From an uncultured Verrucomicrobiae bacterium (lineage in GTDB: Bacteria > Verrucomicrobiota > Verrucomicrobiia > Limisphaerales > UBA11358), in NCBI GenBank assembly GCA_963827815.1, contig CAWHCL010000002.1:37749-101748 (forward strand): a DNA stretch of 64,000 nt. Reading direction: 5' to 3'. A program made the position numbers and the translations under genes. Shown one piece after another: positions 40,501 to 50,887 of this stretch (position 1 is the stretch's first letter; every line of letters starts with the position of its first letter). Below the pieces are notes generated by a model, which was not told the DNA's origin, made no database searches, and saw only the letters and a list, made by a program, of their open reading frames with translations.

Positions 40501-42443
40501 GCCCCGTGATTCCCTTCCCGCACGCTCACATCGCTCTGCGTGCCCGCCGGTTGGAACCCGTTTGCAGTCAACGAAGTCACCGGTGTGGCCGTCACCCCGG
40601 TGGCATTGCCGTTTCCGCTGCCAAGATTGCTGCCGTTCACCGACACGATGATCGGGCCGGAATAATCCGCCGCTAAACCAAGATAAAACGACGCCGTCGC
40701 CCCATTGGCCGGTGCCGCAGCCAGATTGAACGTAATCGTCGAGGAAGATGAATTTTCATTTCCCGCGTAATCCACCACGATGGGCTGGATGAAATTCCAG
40801 TCCGTGCCCCAGCGACTTTGCCCCACGACGTAGTTCAGTCCGTTCGGATAGTCGAAGGGATAATCCAAAAACTTGGTCCAGATGGGACTGGGCGCGGTCG
40901 GGCTGGGGCCAATGTCACCCACAAACCAGTCGTCCCCATGCCGGAACTTTCCGCCGGTCCGGTCGGGATAGCCGATTTCAAAAACTGTCGGGCCGACGCG
41001 CGCCGGCGTCCAGATGATGCTTCCCAGATTATTCGTGGCACCAGCGGTGATGGTGACGCTGAACGGTGACGCGGGAAGATCAAACAACCAGGGCGGATTG
41101 CCGGCGGTTTGATTTTGCGACATGAATGTTCCCGCCGCACCGGGGCCGAAGGCATACAGCGTATAATTGTTGCCGGGAATGACATTGGTGATGGTGAAGT
41201 TGCCATTGGCATCGCACCTGGTCCAGAACTCGTAGGCTTTGCACCATTCCTGAAAGTCATAGACCCCATCGCTCACCGCAGGCTGCTGCACGACGCCGAC
41301 CCACAGGTTGGAAGCCGACGCGTTCGGATTGAACGTGTCATTGATGACAAACTGACCGGTTATCGCCCCGCGGCCCGACGCGGGAACATAATTCGCATTG
41401 TTGAACCAAGTGTAAGGCCACGCGGTTTGCTCGGCGACGGCCTGCGCCTGTGCGTCGGCAAACAGCGCGCGCGAAGCCTGCACGGCATCTGTCAGCGTGT
41501 TGGTGACATTATTGAAATAGACAAAATAAGGGCCGTAAGTTTTCGACCAGACTTCATTGTTGGCCATGACAAAGGCCTGGCCGAGGCCGTAATGGCTGCC
41601 GTTGATCATGTTGAGTGTGTAGGCTGACTCGCCTTCCATCAGCTCGGTTTTCATCGGGCCACCGTTATACATCTCCACGCTGGCCAGCACGTGCCAGATG
41701 CCGACGTTTTTTCCGGCAAAGCCGATGGAGGGGTCGTTCACGCTGCTCCAGCCCCAGACCCTCTCCCCGGAATTTTGCCCGCCAAAGTCCATGCCATACT
41801 TGTATTTGTCGAAGTAGGTTCCTTGCATGGGGCCGCCAGTCACCAATTCATTTTCCTGCGGGGAGATGAACGCCGGAACGAGCGGCTGATTGACGCCGGT
41901 CTCGAAGTCATGCTGGGCGCTCACACTCATCCAGTTAAAGATGGAACCGACGTAAATGTTATCCCGCCCCTCATTGTCGGGCATCAAGCTGTCCTGCGCC
42001 CGGTGGCTCCAGATGGGGGTCACATAAAAGCCCGGGGAACCGCGCAGCATGGAGAAATGCACGTCCATGACGCCGTTGCTGGCTGACGGGGCCAATAAAT
42101 CCACCTCGCAATAATCGCCGGTGCTGGCCACGACCGAATAAGTGAAGGTCGAGGAACCGAAACCGGCATTCTCCCAATAAAATTTCCCGCCACTGTAACC
42201 ACCGGCGAGCAACTGCTGTGTCTGAGTGCCGCCGCCGTTGTTGTAGGTGTAATTGATCTGTGTGATATTTGCGTTGGCCTTGGTGATGAGAATGGAAACA
42301 ATGCCGTTAGCCATGGTCACGGTGCTGCCATTGTCTGTAAGCGTCACATCGGATCCGGTGCCAGTGCCGCCGCCGGGGATGTTGGCAAAAACCGGTTGCG
42401 CCAACAAAATAATCAAACCGACGACTATGCATGGTTTCTTCAT
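37599..42443 (-). CDS. Giant rhamnogalacturonan lyase (PL4-like N-terminus) with Fn3 domains and autotransporter-associated beta-strand (PATR) repeats
   Basis: ATG 42443 (MKKPCIVVGLIILLAQPVFA) preferred over TTG 42455. The N-terminus VTLTDNGSTVTMANGIVSILITKANANITQINY..VHFSMLRGSPGFYV parallels plant/bacterial PL4 lyases. At least 5 Fn3-like units (YYYVV motifs). PATR-like G.L.L.G.NTYTGGT repeats. Conserved C-terminus ..TNWTRLLTNQFDNNGNFNFTN..FYLLQVP. Confidence 0.85.
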   Translation of the reverse strand: MKKPCIVVGLIILLAQPVFANIPGGGTGTGSDVTLTDNGSTVTMANGIVSILITKANANITQINYTYNNGGGTQTQQLLAGGYSGGKFYWENAGFGSSTFTYSVVASTGDYCEVDLLAPSASNGVMDVHFSMLRGSPGFYVTPIWSHRAQDSLMPDNEGRDNIYVGSIFNWMSVSAQHDFETGVNQPLVPAFISPQENELVTGGPMQGTYFDKYKYGMDFGGQNSGERVWGWSSVNDPSIGFAGKNVGIWHVLASVEMYNGGPMKTELMEGESAYTLNMINGSHYGLGQAFVMANNEVWSKTYGPYFVYFNNVTNTLTDAVQASRALFADAQAQAVAEQTAWPYTWFNNANYVPASGRGAITGQFVINDTFNPNASASNLWVGVVQQPAVSDGVYDFQEWCKAYEFWTRCDANGNFTITNVIPGNNYTLYAFGPGAAGTFMSQNQTAGNPPWLFDLPASPFSVTITAGATNNLGSIIWTPARVGPTVFEIGYPDRTGGKFRHGDDWFVGDIGPSPTAPSPIWTKFLDYPFDYPNGLNYVVGQSRWGTDWNFIQPIVVDYAGNENSSSSTITFNLAAAPANGATASFYLGLAADYSGPIIVSVNGSNLGSGNGNATGVTATPVTSLTANGFQPAGTQSDVSVREGNHGAFSDERITFPASLLKAGQNTINLNMRKGGYFANCAVYDYLRLELTGYAPPAPSSVTAYAGNNAVLLGWSATPGATSYNILRSTTSGSGYTPLTNGVIGPVCGSGPANATYVDNSAVNGTTYYYVVQSVNPVNASGNSPQSSGVTPSSGFSASVPATPNGLTVTSTNNVVTLAWNGSAGANYYTIQRGTVVNLPTGYVPFYIILNNTNTGTAYTDASGTLGCTYSYFVTATSAGGTSAASATVTAKPVPTPPAAPPTNVQISNTITSSNQSPTISWSPVSGAVGYILYRANSTNGPFNFPGNYVMSMTTTTYTDSGLALNSLYAYTVVAMNAGGVSGNSAVVSTAPPAPASLNAIPTNSQITLTWSASSGATSYILKRGTSSGNENTTVVTTTNLTYNDIGLNNGTTYYYVVAATGPSGTSLNSSEVSATPSVNAAPGLVWTGAASSAWDTSTANWLNGATPVAYTSGNNVSFNDSPVSTNVVIAAIVAPGSVTFANSTVNYAVSGAAISGAISLVKTNAGSVILANTNTYTGGTFVNGGGIVFSNGAAIPATGTLALNNTGTVAVISANSLPNVQVNGTNSITGNGNSGTGIATLNNPGTLILFVSTGSLVFDLTGTMTGSGNLILGSSPMTLRFNGTTGDGNAVFNFGNGTALANVRSTGTTAIALGGLIGGPGTQMQGDNSSGGKNLTYTIGGSNANTEFDGVIKDGTVGTVALVKTGSGVLTLTGTNNYSAGTTINGGVLLVNNTNGSGTGSGSVTVAGGTLGGTGIISGAVAVNSGAALAPGNPLGALTVSNSLTLSAGSTTYVQVQHSPLTNDSVNVIGALTNGGTLYVTNIGGTAFGNGDSFKLFNATGYSGAFANVILPPLPFGLAWNTNNLNTAGVLSVVAITKPAIGPISISANGSVFTGTGGVGNANFYLLTSTNLVTPLTNWTRLLTNQFDNNGNFNFTNGFDTNAPQDFYLLQVP

Positions 42444-42451
42444 GTTGATTT

Positions 42452-45400
42452 TCAAGGCAGTTGCAGCATATAGAAACTTTGCGGCGAATTCGTGTTCATG
42501 GCGTTGGTAAAGTTGAAATTACCGCCGCCATCAAACTGGTTCGTCAGCAACCGCGTCCAATTGGTCAACGGCGCCGCAAGATTTGTTGAAATCAAAACGT
42601 AGTAAGACCCGTTGGTGACGCCGCCGGTGCCGCTCAAAACCAGTTGTCCACCCGCCAGTCCGACGCTGCCGATGGATGGCGACGTTTCCACGACCACGCG
42701 CACCAAGCCGGCGGTGTTGAGCACGCTGGTGTCCCAATACAAACCGGGCGCCAGCGCGGGCAGCGCAACACTGCTGAAAACTCCATTGTAACCAGCCGCG
42801 CTGATAAGCTGGAACGCATCGCCCGCCTGCTCCGGGTCGTCGGCGTTGCTGACAATGAGTAAACCGCCGTTATTGGTGAACGCGCCGGCCACGCTGACGA
42901 CATTGTTTGCCTGTAGATCGTGGCTGACGCTCAAAATGGTCTTGCTGCCTGAATTCAACGTCAGCGAATTACTGAAGCTCAACGCGCCAAAATCGTTATT
43001 TCCAGGCGAGAGCGTGGCACCGTAGCCGATGGTGAAATTTCCATTCACGAGACCCTCGCCAGAAATCATTTTGCCGTTGTTGAGTATCAACGAACCGCCT
43101 GCCGTGCCGCTCACATCGAAGAGCGCGCCATTGGCGAGGTTGATGTTGGTGGAACCACCAACGGAGCCGGAATTGGTCAGTGCAAGCGTTCCAGCAGTGA
43201 TGAATGTCGTCCCGGAATAAGTGTCCGCCGCACTCAACGTCAGCACGCCGGCTCCCTCCTGGGTCAGGCTGCCGCTGCCGCTGATGTTGTTGGAACAAAC
43301 GACATTGTCATAAAGATTGAAAATGAGCGAGGCGTTGTCGGTGACATTACCCGCACCAAGGGTTCCTGTGTTTCCGCCCGCCCCGATTTGCAGCGCGCCA
43401 CCGTTGATGGTCGTCGTGCCGGTGTATAGGTTGTTGCCGCTCAAAGTCCATGTGCCAGTGCCAACCTTGGTTATGGAATTCCCAGAAATGATTCCGGCGA
43501 AGATTGCGTCCGTGTTACGGCCGCCGACCGTCCAAGCCGTGCTGTTCATATACGAACTGCTCGAACCGGAAATTTCGCCGACAGTCATTGATCCGTTCAA
43601 AGAATAGCCGGTGTTTCCGTTCAGATTCAGCGCCGCCATTGGCAGGCCGTTGGCGTTGTTGAACCGGAAATCGGAACCGCTGGCATTGATGCGACCCGTG
43701 AAAGCCGACCAGTTCCCGTCCAATTCCATGCGCACATACGGCGCGTAATAATTCAGCGTGCCACCGCCGGTCAACGTGCCGTTCAGGTAACATCGTCCGT
43801 CGCCATTCAGGGTGCCCGTGGAATTGGCCGGCACCACCAGATTCCAGTAAAATATATTGCTGTAGGGGGCGGGCGGCGTGTTGTTATCGGTATTCAAGTT
43901 TAACGTGCCCTGATTCAGCGTGACATTGCCGGAGCCAAACGCGGAAACATTGGCAGTAAAATTGGCCAGTGTGACCGCGGCACCGCTGATGAAAGTGTTG
44001 CCGGTGTAAGTATTGTTGGTGGCTAGAGTGATCGAGCCGGGGCCGACATACGTTACATTGTTCGTGCCGGAAATCGTACCTGTCAGGGTGAGCGTGTGTG
44101 CGGTGGAATTGTTCACCACGGTCAGGTTGTTGCTGATGGTGATCGGCGAGGCAATTGTGTCGCCCGCGCTGGTGGACATTTGAACCAGGCCCGCGATGTT
44201 GTTCGTGCCGTTGTTAAACGTCAGGGTCCCGCCGTTCGGCGCAATCAAATAGGATGAGGACGCATTTGCGTCCCCGATATTCAGCCAGCCAAGGGTGATG
44301 TTTTGATCCACGTTGTTGGTCTGGTTGGCGGCGATGTCCGCCGTCACGTTGACGACGACGCCCGTGGCATTGGGATAGGCGGCGACATTCGTCCAATTCG
44401 CATTTGAGTCCCAGCTTTGCGGCGCGCTGGTGATGCGATTCGTCCAATACGCGGTGACAAATGCCAGCGGCGTGGCGTTGACTTCGCTTGAGTTGCCGCC
44501 TTCGCCACCCCCGTTCACCGCCGAGACGACGTAATAATAAGTCGTGCCGTTGGCCAGTCCGCTGTCCACAAAATTTGAAGTTGTCAGGCTGGCGATGGCC
44601 GTCTCATTCCCGCTGGTAATGCTGCGTTTCAAATTGTAACTGTTCGCATTGGCAGAAGCGATCCAGCTCAAATTGATTTTGCCGTTGCCTGGCACGGCGA
44701 CCAACCCAACCGGCGTAACGGGCGCGGGCGGCGCGAAAGTCACCGTACTCACCGGGCCGACGTAGGCGGAATTGCCCCAGCACGAACGAAACGCCTGGAC
44801 TTGATAGTAATAGGTGCGTTCCGGCGAGCCAGGCCGGTGTCGGAATAATTGGTGATGCCCGCCGCGACTATTGCGAGGGAACTGTAATTGCCGCCATCGG
44901 TGGAGCGTTCGAGATTGAATCCGTCCTCGTTGGTGGAGTTGTCAATCCATGTCAGGTTGATCTGATTCGTGCTGATGGCGATGGCGGTCAGGCCGCCGGG
45001 CGCGGCGGGAGGTTGCGCCGCTTGCGTTGAAGCGTGGGCAGTGTTTGAAACAGGAGAATTGCCGTCGGCATTGTTCGCGACGACTTGATAATAATAAGTC
45101 GTGCCGGTCGGCAAACTGGTGTCCGCATAATTAGTCCCGGTCCGCGTCACGGCCCCGATTTGGGAGAAGTTGACGCCGTCGGTGGAGCGTTGGATGACAA
45201 TGCTGGTCGCGTTCGTCGCGTTGTTGGTCCAAGCCAGATCAATCTCGCAGCCGGAAACGGTTGTGGCCGTCAGCCCACTCGGCGCGAGCGGCGGATTGGC
45301 GATGATGATTTGCGAGCCGGTTTCCATCTGTAAAAAGTCATACATGATCCCGCCAGACAGCAAATCGGGATAGCCGTTGGTGATATTGCCAATGTTCCAG

Positions 45401-47445
45401 GTGGTCGCAGCGCCGCCTTGCCGGATGGTGATGGAAAGCGTGTTCGTGCCGACGATGGAACAGACTGGGCGCAAACGAAATCTGATAATACTGATAGCGT
45501 CCCACAGCGACGACATCGCGGTAAATGTTCGCACCGTCCGTCGTATAATAGCCGGTGCTTTGATAAGGCGACGGCGTGGCGTTCACGCCGTTGATGTAGG
45601 TGTAAAATGCCGTACCGCGTCCGCCGGCAAGGGCCAGAGTAAAGAGCACGTTGGATGTCGGCAGATTGGTCAGGTTAAAGATGACGTTCCAGCGCGGCCC
45701 CCAATAAATGCCGTTTGTCTGGGTGTGGTCGGTCAGATTATTCGCGCCGGATTGTGGAGTAATGGCCATGATGCATTGCGCATAATACCAATTGTTCGAT
45801 TCCGCGCTCTGGCCGATGGTGAAATTCAAATCGTTCGTCCCCATTTCATTCAAGTAACGCCACCACAGGCCGAATTGTTTTTGCAGACTACCGAAACGGA
45901 ATTTTCTCGAAGTATGATCCGGCGTGACCCAATGCGCCAGAGCCGTTGCTGCAAATGCGGCGGATTCCAACTGATGATGCCGAGGTTGTTGGTCTGGTCG
46001 GCGGTGACAACGATGTTGGAGATTTGCAACTCGCCCCAGATTCCCGGCACGTAGGAAAACAGCACATAATTGCCCGGTCGCACCTTGGGAATGGAAAAAT
46101 TTCCATTCGCGTCGCCCGTCGTCCAAAAAAGATAGTTCGATGCGCCCTGATATATCCAGTCCCCGTCTGCAGCGTCGGCGTTACCGAGGATGACGACGGG
46201 ATTGGCGGTGGACTCGCCGGTCTTTGCCGTGATGGTGCCGGTGACCGTACCGCGATGACGCGGATAATCCTGTTCGCTTTCATCCATCCAGGCGTATGGC
46301 CAGTTGGACGCCATCAGCGCGCCCATGTTTTGCGCGTCCTGCCAGAGTTGCAGGTGGTTGGTGCCCGTGTTGGCATACATGAAATACGGGCCGATCACCT
46401 TGGTGTAACTCGCTCCGGCAGGGGCGCTCGGGGCGGGAGAAGACCCCAGGCCGTGGCCTTCAAAGTCATCGTTATACATGTAGTTGCCGGACACCGCGCC
46501 CTTCAGCTTGGTCGGGCCGCCATTGATGAACTCGGCGCTGCCCAAAAGGCTCCACACTCCGACTTGATCCGTGGCCGCGCCCCAAGCGTTGCGAAATGAA
46601 GTGGACGGCCCTTGATAACTGCTCCAGTCATATTTGGTCCACGTTGGATGCAGGTCAGAGGTCAGGCCGCACGGTTGGGTATAGGCCGGCCAGCCCGGCT
46701 CGTAATTTGTCCCCGTCGGTTGCGTGAAATAATTTGTGTAAGGCAGGATGACCACTTCCTGCGGCACCCCGGCGGAAGTGGAGCCGGGCGGATTTCCACC
46801 GATGCTCAAGCCAATCGGGACATCCGAATTGCAGAAATCCCAGGCGGAGTAGGTGCTGCCGTCGGGATTTTGGGCGGAACTGAAAATCGAACTCAACCGC
46901 CCCTGCCAACTATCCGCGTCGTAATAGGCAGCCGGCTGGTTGGGCCAGTGCCGCCAGACGGTGTAGGTGTAGAAGCCCGCCTCGCCCGCGCGCATCACAT
47001 GATGCTCCGCCCAGTCCCAGATGCCGTTCGGAAACAACGTCGTGTCGCCGGTCGCGCGTGGATTCCGAATCATCACATCCACGATTTGGCCTGTGTTGGT
47101 CACGACGCTGTAAGTCGCGCCGTAGGAATCCGAAACCGAAGTCCAGTAATCATTGGTGCCGCTGCCGATGTGCGTCAGGCTCAAGGCATAATCCTGGCTG
47201 GAATCAATCAGGTTGGTCGTCGGCAGACCCGCGACATAAAACGACGAGACCGAACCATCGGACTTGCTGAAGGTCATCGAGACCTCATTATTGGCCATCG
47301 TGACCGTGCCGTTGCCATTGTCCGTCAAAGTCACGGTGTCAGCCTTCAGGCAGATGGGTAATAAAAGCGCCACCATTAAGGAAGACTTCAGAATCAAAAA
47401 CTTTATGAAAGCGGCCACTCGAGCCTGGCCTAATTTCGTGTTCAT
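42452..47445 (-). pseudogene. Second PL4-like rhamnogalacturonan lyase / Fn3 / PATR paralogue, split by three frameshifts
   Basis: Four ORFs (45850..47541, 45338..46126, 44749..45534, 42452..44752) read collinearly against the intact paralogue. The joins are near 45921-45927 (LWRIGS|PDHTSRKFRFG), 45452-45460 (APSLFH|VGTNTLSITI) and 44822-44835 (DTGLA|YYYQVQAF). Probable start ATG 47445 (MNTKLGQARVAAFIKF..). Confidence 0.8.
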
Positions 47446-47626
47446 GCTGCTTGCTTTCTCGTGGGAACAACGCGGAAAGGCGATGTTGTGTGCCGAAAAT
47501 AGAATGTGGCTGAATTTAGCTCGATATGGACAATCCTGCAACCACGGAAATAAGTGGGTAGTAGGCGACGAGGTGACGAGTCGTTTGGGTCAGCACTCCT
47601 TACGTCGTGCCCTACAATCAAATAAC

Positions 47627-48757
47627 TCAAACCAGCTTCTTTAATTTCGCATCCTCACCCAGTCTCCTGACCAGCTCCTTGACCTTCTGCGCCTGGCTCT
47701 TGTGAGCGAGCAACACCGCATCGTCCGTCTGCACCAGAATGGAATCGCGCAGGCCGACCACGGCAATCGGCGTCCGGTTTTTTGTCCGCGCGTCGTAGAT
47801 GATGTTTCGCGCGGCGTCCACGTGGATGAAATCCGCCACGGCGGCGTTGCCTTCGGCGTCCTGCTTGATGTGCCGCGCCAGCGCCGGCCACGCGCCGAGA
47901 TCGTCCCATTCAAACGCGCCATCGGCCACGATAACGTTCTGCGCCTTTTCCATCAGCGCAAAATCAATCGAGATTTTTTTTATGTCCGGATATTCCTTCG
48001 CCAGCACCTTTGCGAGCTTGGCGGGATTGTTGGCCACCTTGAACCAGCGCTGGCACGCGGCAAACATTTCCGGCTGATGTTTTTCCAGCCCATTCGTGAT
48101 GGTGATGAAACTCCAGACAAACATCCCCGCGTTCCAGCGATATTGCCCGCTGTTGACATATCCCAGCGCCGTTTCAAAATTCGGCTTTTCCACAAACCGC
48201 TCCGCCTTGAAAAAGATCGTCTTCGTTTTTTTCGCGCCGGGCGGCGTCGGCAGTTCCGTGCCAGTGTGGATGTAGCCGTAGCCGGTAGCCGGCTCGGTCG
48301 GCTTGATGCCAATCGTCACAATCGCCTGGCCCTGCGCAGCAATATCGAACGCGTCGGTCAAAATCTGCTGGAACTTTTTTTCGTCGGGGATGACATGGTC
48401 GGCAGGCAGCACCGCCATGACGCCGGTTGTGGAACGCGCGCCAACCAGCGCCGCGCCGAGCGTGACAGCGGCGCAGGTATCACGGCCCATCGGTTCGGCG
48501 ATGAGATTTTGTTTGGGGATTTTCGGAAGCTGTTTGCGGACTTCCGGCAACTGCGCCTCATTGGTGATGACAAAAATGTTCTTGGCCGGCACGAGCGGCA
48601 GCACGCGCTCGACGGCCTCCTGCAAAAAGGATTTCTTGCCGAGCAGCATGAGCAGTTGCTTGGGCATCTTCTCGCGGCTCAATGGCCAGAAACGCTCGCC
48701 GCGTCCGCCGGCCATGATGATGACGTATCGGTCTTTGATGTCAGTTTTTGCTTTCAT
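47627..48757 (-). CDS. Mannose-1-phosphate guanylyltransferase (GDP-mannose pyrophosphorylase)
   Basis: IIMAGGRGERFWPLSREKMPKQLL nucleotidyltransferase motif and GYGYI. ORF trimmed to ATG 48757. Confidence 0.9.
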   Translation of the reverse strand: MKAKTDIKDRYVIIMAGGRGERFWPLSREKMPKQLLMLLGKKSFLQEAVERVLPLVPAKNIFVITNEAQLPEVRKQLPKIPKQNLIAEPMGRDTCAAVTLGAALVGARSTTGVMAVLPADHVIPDEKKFQQILTDAFDIAAQGQAIVTIGIKPTEPATGYGYIHTGTELPTPPGAKKTKTIFFKAERFVEKPNFETALGYVNSGQYRWNAGMFVWSFITITNGLEKHQPEMFAACQRWFKVANNPAKLAKVLAKEYPDIKKISIDFALMEKAQNVIVADGAFEWDDLGAWPALARHIKQDAEGNAAVADFIHVDAARNIIYDARTKNRTPIAVVGLRDSILVQTDDAVLLAHKSQAQKVKELVRRLGEDAKLKKLV

Positions 48758-48764
48758 AATTTTT

Positions 48765-48842
48765 AATCCGCGAACTTCGCCAATTATCACGAATTACTTT
48801 TTATTTTTTTGATTGGCGCAAATTCGCGTAATTCGCGGATTC
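48765..48842. repeat. AATTCGCG-type long imperfect palindrome filling the trpA-manC-like intergenic gap
   Basis: aatccgcgaa (48765-48774) is the exact reverse complement of ttcgcggatt (48832-48841). Inner units are cgccaatt, cacgaatt / aaattcgcg, taattcgcg, around a T-rich centre. Confidence 0.8.
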
Positions 48843-49641
48843 AAATAGTCTTTACCGCGTCACCAAGCGATTTCACAAACGCGCCGACTTTGGTGACGAG
48901 TTCCGGCGATTTGCCATGTTCGGCAATCTGGTTCACCACCGCGCTGCCGACAACGCAACCGTCCGCTTCCGATACGACGGTCCTGGCCTGTGCCGGATTC
49001 GAGATGCCGAAGCCGACGGCGATGGGCAGATTCGTGTGCGCGCGGATTTTGGCGACCTGTGTGGCAAGGTTCGATGCGACGTTTTCCTGCATTCCCGTCA
49101 CGCCTTCGCGCGAAATGTAATAAATGAATCCGCTACCGCGCTTAACGATGAGTTCCATGCGGCTTTCCGGTGTTGTCGGCGCGACAAGGTAGATGTGGCA
49201 AAGCCCGGCTTTCTTCATCAACGCCTCGTAATTGTCGGATTCTTCCGGTGGCAAATCCAATACGAGCAAGCCGTCCACACCGGCCTTCGCGGCGTCGGCG
49301 ATGAATTGTTCCATTCCGGCGCGATGGATGAGATTGAAATATATGTAGAGTACGATGGGAATCTGTGATTGCTTGCGGACGACAGCAACCGTGTCCAAAA
49401 GCTTCGGCGGTGTGGTGCCGGATTCCAAACCGCGCTGCGCCGCAAGCTGATTGACCAAGCCATCTGCGAGCGGGTCGCTGAATGGCACGCCTAACTCCAG
49501 AATATCCACTCCGGCCTTGTCGAAAGCCAAAGCGAGGTCGTGTGTGGCGTCCAGATTCGGATCACCCGCGCCGATATAGACGATGAAACCTTTCTTGCGG
49601 TCGCGTTTCAGCACGGCGAACTTTTCAACAATGCGGTTCAT
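48841..49641 (-). CDS. trpA: Tryptophan synthase alpha chain
   Basis: GFIVYIGAGDP, LELGVPFSDPLADG, YISREGVTG and GFGIS are canonical TrpA motifs. Confidence 0.95.
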   Translation of the reverse strand: MNRIVEKFAVLKRDRKKGFIVYIGAGDPNLDATHDLALAFDKAGVDILELGVPFSDPLADGLVNQLAAQRGLESGTTPPKLLDTVAVVRKQSQIPIVLYIYFNLIHRAGMEQFIADAAKAGVDGLLVLDLPPEESDNYEALMKKAGLCHIYLVAPTTPESRMELIVKRGSGFIYYISREGVTGMQENVASNLATQVAKIRAHTNLPIAVGFGISNPAQARTVVSEADGCVVGSAVVNQIAEHGKSPELVTKVGAFVKSLGDAVKTI

Positions 49642-49775
49642 GCTCTCAAAATTCTATCCCGAAGGCACGAGTTATACGAGTCCCAAACTTCAACAAATGG
49701 GAACGTGTGTAACTCGTCTTTTCGAAAATAACAACCGCATTTGACCGCGCACGGCTTTTTTCGCATCATCCCAGC

Positions 49776-50855
49776 ATGGCAAGCAGCTTCGGGCAATTAT
49801 TCCGCATCACGACGTGGGGCGAATCTCACGGCGGCGGTGTCGGTGTGGTCGTGGATGGCTGCCCGCCGCGCCTGAAACTTTCCGAGGCGGACATCCAGCC
49901 GGATTTGGACCGCCGCCGTCCGGGTCAGTCTAAAATCGTCACGCCCCGCAAGGAATCTGACGCGGTGCAAATCCTTTCGGGCATTTCTAGTGGCAGAACG
50001 CTCGGCACGCCGATTTGTCTCTGGGTCAAAAACGAGGACGCGCGTTCCGAAGCCTATTTGGAAATGAAGACGAAGTTCCGCCCGTCGCACGCTGACTTCA
50101 CCTACTTCGCCAAGTACGGCATCCGCGCATGGCAGGGCGGCGGCCGCGCCAGCGCGCGCGAAACCGTCGGTCGCGTAGCTGCCGGCGCGATTGCCAAAAA
50201 GTTACTGCGGGAGAAATTCGGAGTCGAAACCCTGGCTTACGTCAAACAAGTCCAGCGGCTTGTCGCAGACGTGAACCCGGACAAAGTCAAATTGAATGAC
50301 GTTGAGTCCAACATCGTCCGCTGTCCCGACCCGAAGGCGGCGGAGAAGATGATCCGCCTCATCGAAAAGATGAGGCGTGAAGGCAACACTGTCGGCGGTA
50401 TTGTCGAGGGCATCGCGCGCGGCGTTCCGGCGGGCTGGGGCGAACCGGTGTTCGACAAACTCGAAGCAGACCTCGCCAAGGCGATGTTGAGCCTGCCCGC
50501 ATCGAAGGCGTTTGAAATCGGCTCCGGCTTTGGCGGCATTTTGCTGACGGGTCTTGAGCACAACGACCCATTTCGGTCGCGTGGAGGCAAGGTTTTCACC
50601 ACCACGAACCGTTCCGGCGGCATCCAGGGCGGTATCTCGAACGGCCAGACGATTTTCTTTCGCGTGGCGTTTAAGCCAGTCGCCACGGTCATGCACGAGC
50701 AGGACACGGTGGACGAAACATTTCACAATACGAGGCTCAAGGGTCGTGGCCGCCACGACCCCTGCGTGCTGCCACGCGCCGTGCCGATGGTGGAGGCGAT
50801 GACCGCGCTGGTTCTGGTTGACCACGCCCTGCGACACAAGGCGCAGTGCTGTTGA
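49776..50855 (+). CDS. aroC: Chorismate synthase
   Basis: [33 protein letters not shown]-like [19 protein letters not shown] and GRHDPCV are canonical AroC motifs. Confidence 0.97.
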   Translation: MASSFGQLFRITTWGESHGGGVGVVVDGCPPRLKLSEADIQPDLDRRRPGQSKIVTPRKESDAVQILSGISSGRTLGTPICLWVKNEDARSEAYLEMKTKFRPSHADFTYFAKYGIRAWQGGGRASARETVGRVAAGAIAKKLLREKFGVETLAYVKQVQRLVADVNPDKVKLNDVESNIVRCPDPKAAEKMIRLIEKMRREGNTVGGIVEGIARGVPAGWGEPVFDKLEADLAKAMLSLPASKAFEIGSGFGGILLTGLEHNDPFRSRGGKVFTTTNRSGGIQGGISNGQTIFFRVAFKPVATVMHEQDTVDETFHNTRLKGRGRHDPCVLPRAVPMVEAMTALVLVDHALRHKAQCC

Positions 50856-50887
50856 TTTTTTAACCTTTTGGATGATACTTTCGATTT

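Noticed and set aside
47559-47613. Possible short fifth copy of the GTAGG..CCTAC element (GTAGGCGACGAGGTGACG..CGTCGTGCCCTAC)
   Set aside because: Only the 5-nt termini and a 5-bp inner stem pair, with a 3-nt bulge. The arms do not align with the other copies. Too weak to call without a genome-wide model.
47702-48766. A 354-aa plus-strand ORF antisense to the mannose-1-phosphate guanylyltransferase gene
   Set aside because: Shadow ORF with no motifs. The minus-strand gene is clearly homologous to a known family.
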